The notes: generated by a model from the sequence alone, not told the origin. A stretch of DNA of 64,000 nt from Burkholderiales bacterium (GCA_046347635.1 JAXMFT010000005.1:513-64512), one strand, 5' to 3'; shown: positions 10,601 to 17,588, counted from the first letter of the stretch. A program made the numbers and translations.

Positions 10601-11811
10601 ACTCGGAGCGGTTCGAGCGCGATAACGGTTCTGCGGTCGCGCGGATCGAGGATGTAGCGCTCGCGCTCCTCGTTCGTCAGCCGACGGTTGGCGGCGAGGA
10701 CGCGCGCGGCCTGCCTGTATCGCACCGCGAGCTCCTCGTCGGTGCGTGACGGCGCCGCGCCGGGGTCGGTGGGGAGCGCATTGGCCGGAACGAACGTCTT
10801 GTTCAGCAGCTCCGTGGCCTGGCGCTTGTCCTCCGGCGTCAAACCGCGCAGGGCGTCGAGCGCGGTGAAGACGAGCCGTCCGATCGAGAGCGCCGGGACG
10901 AACAGGCTGCCGAAGAGGATCGCGAGATTGAAGGCTCCGAGCGCCAGCCGGCCGGCGAAACCGATCTGGCCTGCGCGGTAGAGCGCATCGATCCCGGCGC
11001 CGATCAGGTTCGCCATCTGTCCGGGATTGCCGAACGCCACCGAGCTCGCGAGGCCGAGCACGAGCCGTGCGCCCGCGCTGTAGTTCGTGAGCTTCGGGTT
11101 CTGCTCCATGAAGGCCTGCGAGAACCGGGACGCGACCCACTGCGAGTTGCCGAGATCGAGATAGTCGATCGAATGCGAGCGAAGCCGCGCGCTCGATTCG
11201 AAGTCGCCTTTGAAGACATCGAAACCCTGGTAGAAGCCCGACTCGATGCGATGCGCGCCGACCATGCCGAGGTAGCTCTGCGGGTCGTCGTCGGACTTGC
11301 CGGGACGGCGGAAGTCGAGCAGGAAGGTGTTGCCCGCGCCGTTGAGATGCCCGTAGCCGGGCATCAGGCGCATGCGCGGCTGCAGAACGCCGTCGACTTC
11401 CTCGTTGTAGCCCTCCATCTTGGCGCCGAGACGATGCACGAGGTCGTTCGAGACGACGTAGTGCGCGGTCTGCACGCCCTTGAGGAGGTTCGGGTCGAAG
11501 TCCGACGTGCCGTCCGCCTTGGCATAGATCTGGAATAGCCCTGCGCCGCCAGCGAAGGCGTTGAAGGTGGTCAGCGTGACGTACTCGTGGTGATACACGA
11601 AGCTCGGATGGGTTGCGCTCTTCTTTCGCGCGTCCGCTTCTGCTTCTTTTGCGCGCTTGACAAACTCGTACGCCGCGTACTGCGCGAGTCCGCCGCCAAG
11701 GCTCTGGCCGGCGAAGTGAACGATGCCGGCTGCGGGAATGGCTCCATCGAGCGGGTTGAAAAAGCCTGCCATCAACTCGTCGCGGTGCCAGCCATGACGA
11801 GAGACTGACAC
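1642..11811 (-). CDS. Giant secreted RTX-type calcium-binding protein (3389-codon ORF): lipase-like N-terminus, long helical region, dozens of GGxGxD repeats with ~7 HCBP-related modules, four cadherin-like domains, conserved C-terminal tail
   Basis: Uninterrupted ORF in track. GQSLGG (GxSxG nucleophile elbow) near the N-terminus. Many nonapeptides such as GGAGNDTLTGGAGDDV. Modules ending IETIEFADGTRW / IDRIDFADGSFW / VERVRFADGAEL. C-terminal ITFKDWY...GGDLAYRYGLTGSLAG tail typical of large Ca-binding exoproteins. Confidence 0.9.
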   Translation of the reverse strand: MSVSRHGWHRDELMAGFFNPLDGAIPAAGIVHFAGQSLGGGLAQYAAYEFVKRAKEAEADARKKSATHPSFVYHHEYVTLTTFNAFAGGAGLFQIYAKADGTSDFDPNLLKGVQTAHYVVSNDLVHRLGAKMEGYNEEVDGVLQPRMRLMPGYGHLNGAGNTFLLDFRRPGKSDDDPQSYLGMVGAHRIESGFYQGFDVFKGDFESSARLRSHSIDYLDLGNSQWVASRFSQAFMEQNPKLTNYSAGARLVLGLASSVAFGNPGQMANLIGAGIDALYRAGQIGFAGRLALGAFNLAILFGSLFVPALSIGRLVFTALDALRGLTPEDKRQATELLNKTFVPANALPTDPGAAPSRTDEELAVRYRQAARVLAANRRLTNEERERYILDPRDRRTVIALEPLRVDPDAFMTALDGPNGLYESMAYLQGRAREAGLSARQIAELDVQLVAAMAEDLRVFGATDAVLAATIQAAKDDFVRYQMGEAIANANRDLTAKYASAGNAFGTDTLDFRDYQPIHDALAGAMDDPAYAAVRADIAEALRIADSGAQKIVIRDGASASPFAAPAAGLDADAVDASATTEARGREYTIFLPYAAGPGGQRIALRVEGADADKFTVFSANGTQPVTGGRFSLVVPEGTRQIAFTLWNDEDVDASQTLTLHAALAGATGVPTHKERPEATIALAAVDEPPFTPPAAVVTDLEPASPEVYGTDADEQILGKVTTDVIYPLLGADVVLADAGDDRVLVYWSAENDSAGDRIDLGGGNDFAVRWAGEDTLIGGSGADVMLAGADADELYAESEIVLADAIALGESQSAGGAADLLDGWAGNDTAVGWGGADGLLGGDGEDVLVGMGGDDNVFGDLQFSQYTTASADWRVERETTWLNPDRRRVAARLVSVLVTQKDVPGGADTIFGGAGADWLFGQAGADFIDGGRDADVLFGDQGADALYGRDGADILSGDDLDDGTPEGLAGALHGADSLDGGAGDDELAGNGGDDQLYGGDGDDSLGGDDPVTPGAFHGKDYLDGGAGRDKLWGEGSDDWLTGGDGDDHLEGDYTDLEGRFHGADHLDGGAGDDELIGQGGADELYGGEGHDTIAGDNGDNETLAAEHHGDDFLDGGAGNDALKGGGGEDRLFGGDGQDSLLGDGGSVEGDDALHGGAGGDTLQGNGGKDLLYGDAGEDFLDGGAGDDLLHGGVDRDRLEGGAGDDVYVLQAGDSPSGGALESIADRAGSDTLRLSGAGVRAVRRNGDTPDLVVSFGASDEVLIEGGFAGAIERFDLGGGVVLSWQQLLGRFLDEAQDETSAGAAVLLAGGAADDTLTATGGGAVLAGGRGDDVLTGAGGGNTYLYHLGDGTDRIDDTGGAATAPNRVVFGPGITPDDVRLATGSLRIQVGGDRADALVFPNFDPDDVLARRAVDLFEFADGTTLSYEQLIARGFDVDGTGAAETLTGTNVVDRVYGADGDDTLSTGAGDDVLDGGAGNDTLTGGAGDDVYRFGYGDGQDTLADGAAGDSDALALFAGAGPGDVELERLANDLVVKLRDALDQVTVRDQFAGDGIDRIDFADGSFWDRIEIGARIPNRLTEGPDTFNGSAYADTIYGRGGDDRLYGQTGDDLVDGGDGADQLYGGDGDDRLLGQAGADWLAAGAGADTLEGGADADSLYGEDGADTLSGGAGDDALRGGAGSDRYRFAPGDGRDTIDDYDASANRVDVLAFWASDSSSVALRREWSLYDSNDDLYFDLLDAAGQPTGEGVKLWRPFFTDDAYRMVDRVAFADAAVWTAADIRGRLTAATGGDDRFRGFGGADALDGGAGDDYVAGGEGNDVILGGDGADSLWGENGDDVLEGGAGDDALSGDFTYPSTWLYQGRDVLRGGAGSDSLDAGGGADILEGGPGADRLLGGEHDDVYLYARGDGADEIEDRPFYSNGTGGSDTLRFAAGITPAEVERYRTRNGSLFAPGDDLTLVIDGSSDQVRIASYFAATREIETIEFADGTRWTRADVEARLLTGAENTLTGTTADDTFAVDNDRDVVVEPAGGGTDTIESIVSYVLPANVEHLTLTGSLNASATGNDLDNVLRGNANGNRLVGGRGADTLIGGRGDDVYLDEDPYIDGMLVPYTPDTIVEAAGEGDDTVEAKAYDYALPENVERLVLLLTPTYSFYDGALRRHVPSARDAIGNALDNVLDASRVMPGAPVVLDGGGGADAYIGHEGPDTYRIADAGDVILATGDATPQDAVESAFDFDLAGFGLTLTLIGDAPVAGRGNDAANTLDGSRNAAANVLAGGRGDDRYVLGAGDRVVERPGEGRDTVQIAGGPIGEYRLDDYANAEALELGEPLGVSSLVGGAGDDTLTGNRFANRLDGGPGSDVLAGGDGGDTYVAGGLLGRRRDVARIAEDRITDDDTQYVYGWTADTVVLGGLQDDLQAPVRIGNDLVLEQVRRDASDPADDLLFESVRMANYFAGARYQVERVRFADGAELDLARLVAAGVRVPGADAPAGVLTGSVGPDALHATDAASTLQGGFGDDLLRGGAAGDVLAGEGGNDRLLGGAGDDRYAFASGFGRDYVEDAGGDDVLEFAGATSGSVVVHASGDRLELAFASGDAVVVHQDRANGVGVERAYFAGDGVWLDAAALAARAAGPVGNLAPFVNSPPRDRAALEDQPFALALRTDAFVDLDAGDTLAWSLAGANGASLPTWLAFDAPTRTLSGTPGNGDVGATALELVATDPSGARATWTMNLVVHNVNDAPVATPPAAQTAFAGQTYVLALLPEVFSDPDAGDYLWVDATLANGDPLPGWLWLDDGALWGDPTASDLGRYAIALVATDSAGATATAAFTLDVLRENHAPALAAAIPNQTANEDASWSYVVPAASFTDADGDDVLAYSATLASGGALPSWLAFDPVTRRFSGLPGNEHVGTVSIEVTATDTAGATASDAFDLTVSDVNDAPQLLRAFDAASVEEGQALAYFAHAAFADVDAGDALSYSATLANGAALPSWLTLGATTGKLTGTPAIGAIGTLELRVTARDGAGATATLPLAVTVTAAPPQHLVGTSSKNTLTGKSGDDRLDGGAGADTMRGGLGHDTYVVDNGGDSVQENASAGSDLVESSVGYSVSSRPHVEHVVLTGTAAINATGNGANNMLRGNAANNTLTGGGGVDVLQGLGGNDTLRDSGGNGLAHGGDGADTMSGNAARQLFIGGAGNDTASPGAGADLFAFNAGDGQDSVNASSGADNAVSLGGGIAYDALFLSRSGNHLVLETGPDDRITFKDWYASAAHRSVATLQVIAEAMAGYDPNSSDPLRNRKVARFDFAALVQAFDAARAADANMTRWRVMDALLDAHLAASDAEALGGDLAYRYGLTGSLAGVGFDAAAAVLGAAQFATAPQPLQPAASLQQGTHRLA
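2704..3909 (-). repeat. Four tandem ~100-codon cadherin-like (bacterial Ig / dystroglycan-type) units inside the giant gene
   Basis: Four successive units share DxDAGDxLxxS..LAxGxxLPxWLxxDxxTxxxxGxP...xG...xE(L/V)xATDxxGAxA...L.V..VNDAP. Coordinates computed by counting residues back from the stop codon. Confidence 0.7.
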
Positions 11812-12204
11812 CTATGTCCTGCACCCAGTCCTTGAGATCCGGGCCATCCGTACCCCGCATCGCTACGAGGTATTCCTCTGTCGCCCAAGCGATAGATCGT
11901 CGCCCCGAAACCAAGAGGAGTCTTCGACGAAGTCGACCACGCGCCACGCGGGAAACTCGATGGCAGTCGTCGTTCCGCCCGCCGGCGTAGGCGCATCGTC
12001 GAAAACCTTGTTGTCCGAGAACGGGTCGCCGGACTCCGGGATCGATTCCCATAGTGCCTGCGGGAAACCGTACTCTTCTCCTGGGTCGCTATCTGGCAAC
12101 GACTCAAGCGGATCCCCGCGTCTTCTCGTCCCTTCTAGGTAATAGCTCGCATCGCTCGCCACCAGTCCGAGGATCGACAGCGGATTGCGCCGACGGACGA
12201 TCAT
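11812..12204 (-). pseudogene. Disrupted 5' extension of the giant gene (N-terminal part of the lipase-like domain)
   Basis: ATG 12204..12202 is in the same frame as the 3389-codon ORF (393 nt apart) and overlaps the upstream lipoprotein stop as ATGA. The frame contains TAG at 11865..11863 and TAG at 11814..11812. Across exactly that stretch another frame reads SIAWATEEYLVAMRGTDGPDLKDWVQDIGVS, the beta-strand-RGT motif that normally precedes GxSxG in class-3 lipases. Confidence 0.55.
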
Positions 12205-13270
12205 CTGCGCTCCCCTTTCTCGCACACGTTGACCGTGTAGACCGGCACAGGTCGAATCGCGTTGCCCGTGCCGAAGTGCATCTTCAGCGCCGCGCGACAG
12301 CCGTCCGGCGATACGGCAATGTCGAGCACCTGACCCGGCGAGACCTTCTCGATCTCCGCCCTCGCATCAGGTACACCCCGTCCAGCGGGGTCGCGAGGAG
12401 CCACCCGCGCGCCGTAGGCAGCGGGACGCGAACGCCCCGAGACCAGGGCCCGTCGGTCAGTGCCAGCTTGTGAATCGTGCCGTCCGGGAGAATCTGAAGG
12501 ACCGCCGTCGTCCTTGACGCGCGATCAAAGACCGACGACTTGAAGATGTGCGAACGCGTGTACTCCGAGTACCGATGTAGGCTGATGCCCGTGAAGAGAG
12601 GGTTGATCGGCAACTCGATCGGCTCGGCGCCAGCCTTCGGGTAGTAGAGGAGAGGCAATGCGCCGCCCGGCGCGAGGCGGCGATCCTCGAGGAAGCCGCC
12701 GCCTGGGAGGTGTTCGGCTGGAATGGTCCCGGCGGCACCGCCCGGCAGCGCACGCGCGGCGGCGCATTCGCAGACGAAGCCAGCGTCTCCTTCATCGCCC
12801 CCAAGCGAGCCCTCCAGAGACAGCCGCCGATCGCCGCGCCGCGCGAAGTAGCTCAGTTCACCATCGGTGTAGCAGATCCCGTCGCACTCTCGAATTGCCG
12901 CAGCGAGCACCTCTGCGGTCGTCCCACAGATACAGCCCGATTCGCTAGCCTCGACCTTCTTGCCGCCCTCGTATCCGTCTGCGCGAAAAACGAGACGGTC
13001 GTTGTCGATCCAGAACATCCTCTCGTACGCATACTCATCCATCAGTGTTGCACTGACCAAACGGAACTCGTACTTGGTGTCGTACGGCGCAGGCAGACTC
13101 GAGGAGCTGGGAGGCACCGACGCGGGCTTCGTCGATGCGCATGACATCAGCGTCGCGCAGGCGAGCACGACGGCCCCGCGCAACGCAGCGACCCGCACTT
13201 CTGCAGCCCGGCTAGCCAAAGCTGACCGTCCTCCCCACTCCAGCCTACCGTGAACTATTTCACACTTCAA
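12201..13270 (-). CDS. Putative lipoprotein of unknown function, translationally coupled to the giant gene; one apparent frameshift near 12368
   Basis: ORF 12284..13270 has a signal/lipobox-like VRVAALRGAVVLACATLMSC (alternative GTG start 13198). Its tail turns Arg-rich (LMRGRRSRRSRR), while a second frame (ORF 12201..12404) continues sensibly with RAEIEKVSPGQVLDIAVSPDGCRAALKMHFGTGNAIRPVPVYTVNVCEKGERR*. Stop TGA 12203..12201 overlaps ATG 12204..12202. Confidence 0.55.
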
Positions 13271-13660
13271 TCGACCATCCGACGCTCAACTGTCAAACAC
13301 TGTGAATCGGCCGCAGTGCCGAATACCTAGACGTTTCCTCACCTTAGCGTCGAACCGGGGGATTTGCGGCACTGCACGTTGCGCGGCGCGCCGTCGCACG
13401 ACACGGTTCCGTAACGCCTTCCCCACAACGCCTTCCCCGCAGCGCTCGAAACGACGTCCTAGAACGCCTTCCGCTGCGCCTTGCCCTCGCCTTTCATCTC
13501 GACGTCCTTCTTCAGCGCAGCGACGAACGCCGCCGCCGGCATCTCCCCACCCGAAACCGCCGCGCCTCGCGGCGCGGAGTCAAGCGGGGCGTAGGGTACG
13601 GTCGCTGGACAGGGCTCCTGGCGGGACTAGCGGGCAGGTCGTGGCACCGTGCGCACGAGG

Positions 13661-13954
13661 CTACTCTCTGCCGCGCCAGTAGCTCGGGTGCCGACTGTGA
13701 TGCGCGACGGCGAGGACGCGGATCTGGTCGTCTGCGATCGCATAGATGACGCTAAAGGGGAAGCGCCGCGTAACGAGCCGCCGTTTACCGTGGCGCCATA
13801 CGGCGCCGAGGCGTGGGCGTTGCAGGAGAAGTTCGACGGAGCGCTCGAACTCCGCGCGGAAAGACTGCGAGAGCGCGGTGCCGGCCTGCTCCCTTTAGAA
13901 CCTGGCCGCCTCCCGAAGATCTTCCTGCGCCTCGGGGTGCAGCCAGTAGTTCAC
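13661..13954 (-). pseudogene. ParE/RelE-family toxin gene with premature TAA at codon 20
   Basis: Hand translation from GTG 13954..13952 (GTGA overlap with antitoxin stop): VNYWLHPEAQEDLREAARF*REQAGTALSQSFRAEFERSVELLLQRPRLGAVWRHGKRRLVTRRFPFSVIYAIADDQIRVLAVAHHSRHPSYWRGRE*. In-frame TAA at 13897..13895, with no Met downstream of it. Confidence 0.7.
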
Positions 13955-14175
13955 TGAAACTCGGCCTTCAACCGGGCCAGAGCTTCAGGCCCGGGAATGA
14001 GCGTGACGGCGCCGCGCTCGATTTCGGCGTTGCGGCGCTCGACTTCGGACGCCCAGGCCTCTTCAATTGCAGGGTCGGCATCGAGACTCGCAATCAGACG
14101 CTCGACCAGTCGCGCTCGTTCGGGAGCGGGAAGCTGGAGGGCTTCGGCTTCGATGGCTTCTACGGTCGACGGCAT
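13951..14175 (-). CDS. Addiction-module antitoxin (putative addiction module component family)
   Basis: ORF 13951..14214; likely start ATG 14175..14173. MPSTVEAIEAEALQLPAPERARLVERLIASLDADPAIEEAWASEVERRNAEIERGAVTLIPGPEALARLKAEFQ matches the small helical antitoxin family paired with ParE/RelE toxins. Confidence 0.75.
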   Translation of the reverse strand: MPSTVEAIEAEALQLPAPERARLVERLIASLDADPAIEEAWASEVERRNAEIERGAVTLIPGPEALARLKAEFQ

Positions 14176-14286
14176 CGCTTCTCCGCTGCTGCTCAACGAC
14201 GATTGGAGTGCCACATCGGGCGGGCCAGCGCCAATGCGCCCACGCCGCCATGCGAGAAGGCCGCATCGCGCGCTCGTCGATCATCG

Positions 14287-15425
14287 TCACCCCGCCTGCT
14301 CGGGTCCAGCCGCCCCGCCCTCACGCCCCCGCCGCACCCGCCGCGCCCCCTTGTACGCCGCGTGCAGCACCAGCAGCCGCAGCGGAAAGCGCAGGAAGAG
14401 GTAACGCAGGAACAGGAGCTGCCGCGCCTGCGCCGCGCGAGCGACGGCAGCCGATCCGGGCTCTCGGGCAGCAGCGCGCGCGCGCCGAGCCGCGCCATCG
14501 CCCGGCGCGCCGCCGCGCCCGGTGCGGCGAATGCGAGCGCCGCCTTCAGCGCGTCCGCGCCCGGCGTCCCGAACAGCGCGCCCGAAAACTCCGCGCCGTA
14601 CCACAGCGCGCGCCCGAGACCGTGCACGCGCGCGCGGGCGACGAGCTCGTCCGCGAACCCCGGCCGCGTTGCGTACTCGCGCAGCAGCGCGTCGACGTCG
14701 CTCACGTCGCGCAGCATCTCCGCCAGGTCCGAGTCCTGGAACACGTGCGCGCAGACGTGCAGCACCTGGTCGGCGGGCGCGAGCACGCGGAACGGGGTGC
14801 CCTCGACCGCGACCGAATCGGCGCACAGCGCCGCGTCGTTCGGCCGCACCCGCCCCACCGGCGGCAGGAGCGAGTGGTGCAGGTCGAGCTGCAGCGGATG
14901 CCCCGGGTGCTCGAGCGGCGGCAGCTCGTGGCTCCACTCGCGGTAGTAGCGCTCGTCGTACGCGTCGAGCGACTCGGCGAACTCCCAGCCCGCCTCGCGC
15001 AGCAGGCCCTCGACCGCGTCGAGGTGCGCGCGCGGCACCATCAGGTCCACGTCGTTGAAGAGCCGCCCGCGCGCGCACGCGAGACCCTGCAGCAGGTACG
15101 CGCTGCCCTTCAGCGCCACGAGCGGGAACCCGCGCCCGCCGAGCAGCCGCCCGAGCTCGCCGAGCAGCCGCCGCGCCATCTGCGTGCGATGCGCGACGAG
15201 CGCCTGCTCCGAGTCGAAGTGCGCGCGCACCGGCGGCGGAATGCGCTCGAGCACGCCCTGCGCCGCGAGCCGCGCCCCGAGCGGCCCGAGCAGGCGCGCC
15301 GCGCGCGCGACGCGCACGACGCCGTCCCACTCGCCCTCGGTCGCGCCGAGCGCCGCGGACGGCGCGCGGAAGCACTCGAGCAGCAGTCGGACGCTCGGAT
15401 CGATGCGGACGCCGGGAGCCGGCAT
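14287..15425 (-). CDS. Nucleotidyltransferase family protein (NTP_transf_5-like), one apparent frameshift near 14435
   Basis: ORF 14193..15425 contains LFNDVDLMVPRAHLDAVEGLLREAGWE and LDLHHSLLP. Its tail becomes Cys/Arg-rich nonsense, while the frame ending at 14287 reads ARQLLFLRYLFLRFPLRLLVLHAAYKGARRVRRGRE, the conserved C-terminal motif of this family as I remember it. Confidence 0.7.
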
Positions 15426-15703
15426 CCGGGGATTCTACTGGCGCGCTCCGCGCGAGCGCCCCTCCGCGGGTGATCGACGGTTCAAGCTGCAGCTCGACTT
15501 CCCTCTGCGCGGCAAGACGATCCGGAAATTCGGCACAGGCTGCGGGCGGAAGGGCAACCGAGTTCATGAGCACGAAAATCAGGCACACCGACGCGTCGCC
15601 CGGAAAGCTCGCGGCCGGCCAGGCTCGGGTTTTCTGGACCGGCCTCCATGAATCTTGCCGTGTTTCTTTACATGTATCCAAAATTCTGGAATGGTGGCGG
15701 TCG

Positions 15704-16816
15704 ATGAAAAGATATCTCGAAGCGCAGGTCCGGCGCGATCTGGGCCGGAAGATGGTCTTCGTCGGTGGGCCGCGTCAGGTCGGCAAGACGACGCTCGCGC
15801 GCAGCATCCTGGGCAAGTCCGCCGCAGGGCTTCTGAACTGGGACGTCCCCGCGCAACGCGATGCGATCCTGCGCCAGACGTTCCCCCGGTCACGTCTTTG
15901 GGTGTTCGACGAGATCCACAAGTACCGGAAGTGGCGGAACTACCTGAAGGGCGTGTTCGACGCTCGTGCGCCGGGGCAGCGGATTCTCGTCACCGGCAGC
16001 GCCAGGCTCGATTGCTACCGGTTTGGAGGCGATTCCCTCCAGGGGCGCTACCACTACCTGCGGCTTCATCCCCTGAGCGCCGGCGAGCTCGGCATGGCCT
16101 CCGCCAAGGATCTCGCGGGCCTGCTCGCCCTGGGCGGGTTCCCGGAGCGGTTTCTCGGCGGCTCGGAAAAGGAGGCCAGGCGCTGGGCCAACGAATATCG
16201 CAGCCGGCTCGTGCGCGACGACCTGGTCAGCCTGGAGCAGGTGCAGGACCTCGGCAGCATGGAGCTGCTGATGACGCGGCTGCCCGAGCTGGTGGGAAGC
16301 CCGCTTTCGATCAACAGCGTAGCCGAGCAGATCCAGATCAGCTACAAGACCGTGCGCAAGTGGCTCGCCATTCTCGAGAGGCTGTACGCGATCTTCGTGG
16401 TGCTTCCGTACGGTTCGCCGAAGGTGAAGGCGGTCAAGAAGGCGCGCAAGCACTATCACTTCGACTGGTCGCTGGTGCCGGACTCCGCTGCCCGCTTCGA
16501 GAATCTCGTCGCCTCGCATCTGCTCAAGTGGGTGCACTTCCGCGCGGACGCGGAAGGGCACCGGACGGAGCTGCGCTACTTCCGCGACATCGAAGGGCGG
16601 GAGGTCGATTTCGTGGTCGCGGAGAACGGCGTGCCGATGCTGCTCGTGGAATGCAAGTCGTCGGACCGAGAGATCAGCCCATCGCTCAGATACCTGAAGC
16701 AACGCTTTCCGGCGGCGCAAGCCTGGCAGGTATCCGCCTCGGGCCGGCGCGATTACGTGTCGCGGGAGGGGATCCGGGTCGCTCCCGCCCTCGACCTGCT
16801 CGCGACGCTCGTCTGA
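15704..16816 (+). CDS. AAA+ ATP-binding protein (AAA_14 / DUF4143 type)
   Basis: ATG 15704 within ORF 15470..16816. MKRYLEAQVRRDLGRKMVFVGGPRQVGKTTLARSIL (Walker A), LWVFDEIHKY (Walker B), C-terminal EVDFVVAENGVPMLLVECKSSD nuclease-like fold. Somewhat lower GC than neighbours. Confidence 0.85.
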   Translation: MKRYLEAQVRRDLGRKMVFVGGPRQVGKTTLARSILGKSAAGLLNWDVPAQRDAILRQTFPRSRLWVFDEIHKYRKWRNYLKGVFDARAPGQRILVTGSARLDCYRFGGDSLQGRYHYLRLHPLSAGELGMASAKDLAGLLALGGFPERFLGGSEKEARRWANEYRSRLVRDDLVSLEQVQDLGSMELLMTRLPELVGSPLSINSVAEQIQISYKTVRKWLAILERLYAIFVVLPYGSPKVKAVKKARKHYHFDWSLVPDSAARFENLVASHLLKWVHFRADAEGHRTELRYFRDIEGREVDFVVAENGVPMLLVECKSSDREISPSLRYLKQRFPAAQAWQVSASGRRDYVSREGIRVAPALDLLATLV

Positions 16817-16832
16817 AGGATCAGGCTCCGGC

Positions 16833-17087
16833 CCGGTCAAAGCCGCCGAGAACGTCGCCGCGCACGGCGTATCCTTCGAGGAGGCTTCGTCGGTATTCTT
16901 CGATCCGTTGTCAGCCACCGGCGTGGATCCCGATCATTGCGTCGGGGAAAGTCGCCTCGTGACCTTCGGTCTATCGTCCTCCAGCCGACTGCTCGTGGTT
17001 GCGCACACCGACCGGGACGATGCGATTCGAATCGTTAGCGCCCGGGAAGCAACCGCGGGCGAGAGGAAGCCATGTGAAGAAGGTTGA
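16833..17087 (+). pseudogene. brnT: BrnT-family (DUF497) toxin remnant lacking its 5' end and start codon
   Basis: Hand translation: PVKAAENVAAHGVSFEEASSVFFDPLSATGVDPDHCVGESRLVTFGLSSSSRLLVVAHTDRDDAIRIVSAREATAGERKPCEEG*. The expected N-terminal M..F.WD segment is missing, and there is no ATG/GTG/TTG in frame back into the ATPase gene 3' end. Confidence 0.6.
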
Positions 17088-17367
17088 GCAACCTGCAGTG
17101 GAGGAACTCCGTCCGGAGTACCGGCGATCGGACTTCGACACGCTGATTCGCGGGAAATACGTCGAGCGTCTGCGCGAACGGTCGAACGTCGTCGTGATAG
17201 ACCCTCGCGTCGCCGAGTTCTTTCCGAATCCGGAGGCCGTCAACGCCGCCCTGCGCTCGCTGGCGGAGATTGCCAAGCGCTCGCAGCGCCCCGGTCCGCC
17301 GCAAGCGCCGCGCCGGCTGACGCGCCGAACTCGCTTTGACTGTGCAATGATCGGACGACGAAGATGA
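17074..17367 (+). CDS. Small antitoxin-like protein partnered with the BrnT remnant
   Basis: GTG 17074 in the frame of ORF 16999..17367, overlapping the BrnT stop. KKVEQPAVEELRPEYRRSDFDTLIRGKYVERLRERSNVVVIDPRVAEFFPNPEAVNAALRSLAEI matches the common antitoxin pattern (..EYdf...rGKy...v.lDpdva..Fp..eaVNeALR). Confidence 0.5.
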   Translation: MKKVEQPAVEELRPEYRRSDFDTLIRGKYVERLRERSNVVVIDPRVAEFFPNPEAVNAALRSLAEIAKRSQRPGPPQAPRRLTRRTRFDCAMIGRRR

Positions 17368-17588
17368 ACGGACCCGACCGCCGGCGGCTCGCGCGATGGG
17401 AGAAGTTCCGCAACCTCGGCGAGGCGATTCTTCAGGGCATTTGCGACATCAAGGCCGGCCGCAACGGGAGGCGATTCACTGTTGAGTCGTTTGCACGAGC
17501 GCGCGGGGGCAGAGCGGAGGTCCCTCGGAAACGCGCGCAGGGACGAGTGTGTCGATGACCAAAAAGGCGTGATCCCGACGGGGGTAGC

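Noticed and set aside
1654-10749. Very long plus-strand ORFs antisense to the RTX gene (1654..4689, 5206..7428, 7777..10749) and alternative minus-frame ORFs (1487..3754, 8543..12052, 4793..6325)
   Set aside because: Their translations are Arg/Ala/Gly/Pro-rich low-complexity strings with no motifs. They are the open off-frames expected from ~70% GC repeat DNA, whereas the 3389-codon frame is full of bona fide RTX and cadherin motifs.
13443-13540. Short minus-strand ORF MPAAAFVAALKKDVEMKGEGKAQRKAF in the 390-nt gap upstream of the lipoprotein gene
   Set aside because: Only 27 codons with no recognisable family. It could be a gene fragment but cannot be supported.
13560-13577. GC-rich 7-bp hairpin (ccgcgcc tcgc ggcgcgg) ~85 nt downstream of the ParE-like gene; considered an intrinsic terminator
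   Set aside because: It is followed on the minus strand by only TTT in a GC context, with a short stem. Too weak to call.
17364-17558. 64-codon plus-strand ORF, ATGA-coupled to the antitoxin-like gene
   Set aside because: No family recognised; the second half is Arg-rich. Mentioned in the insert finding but not called as a feature.
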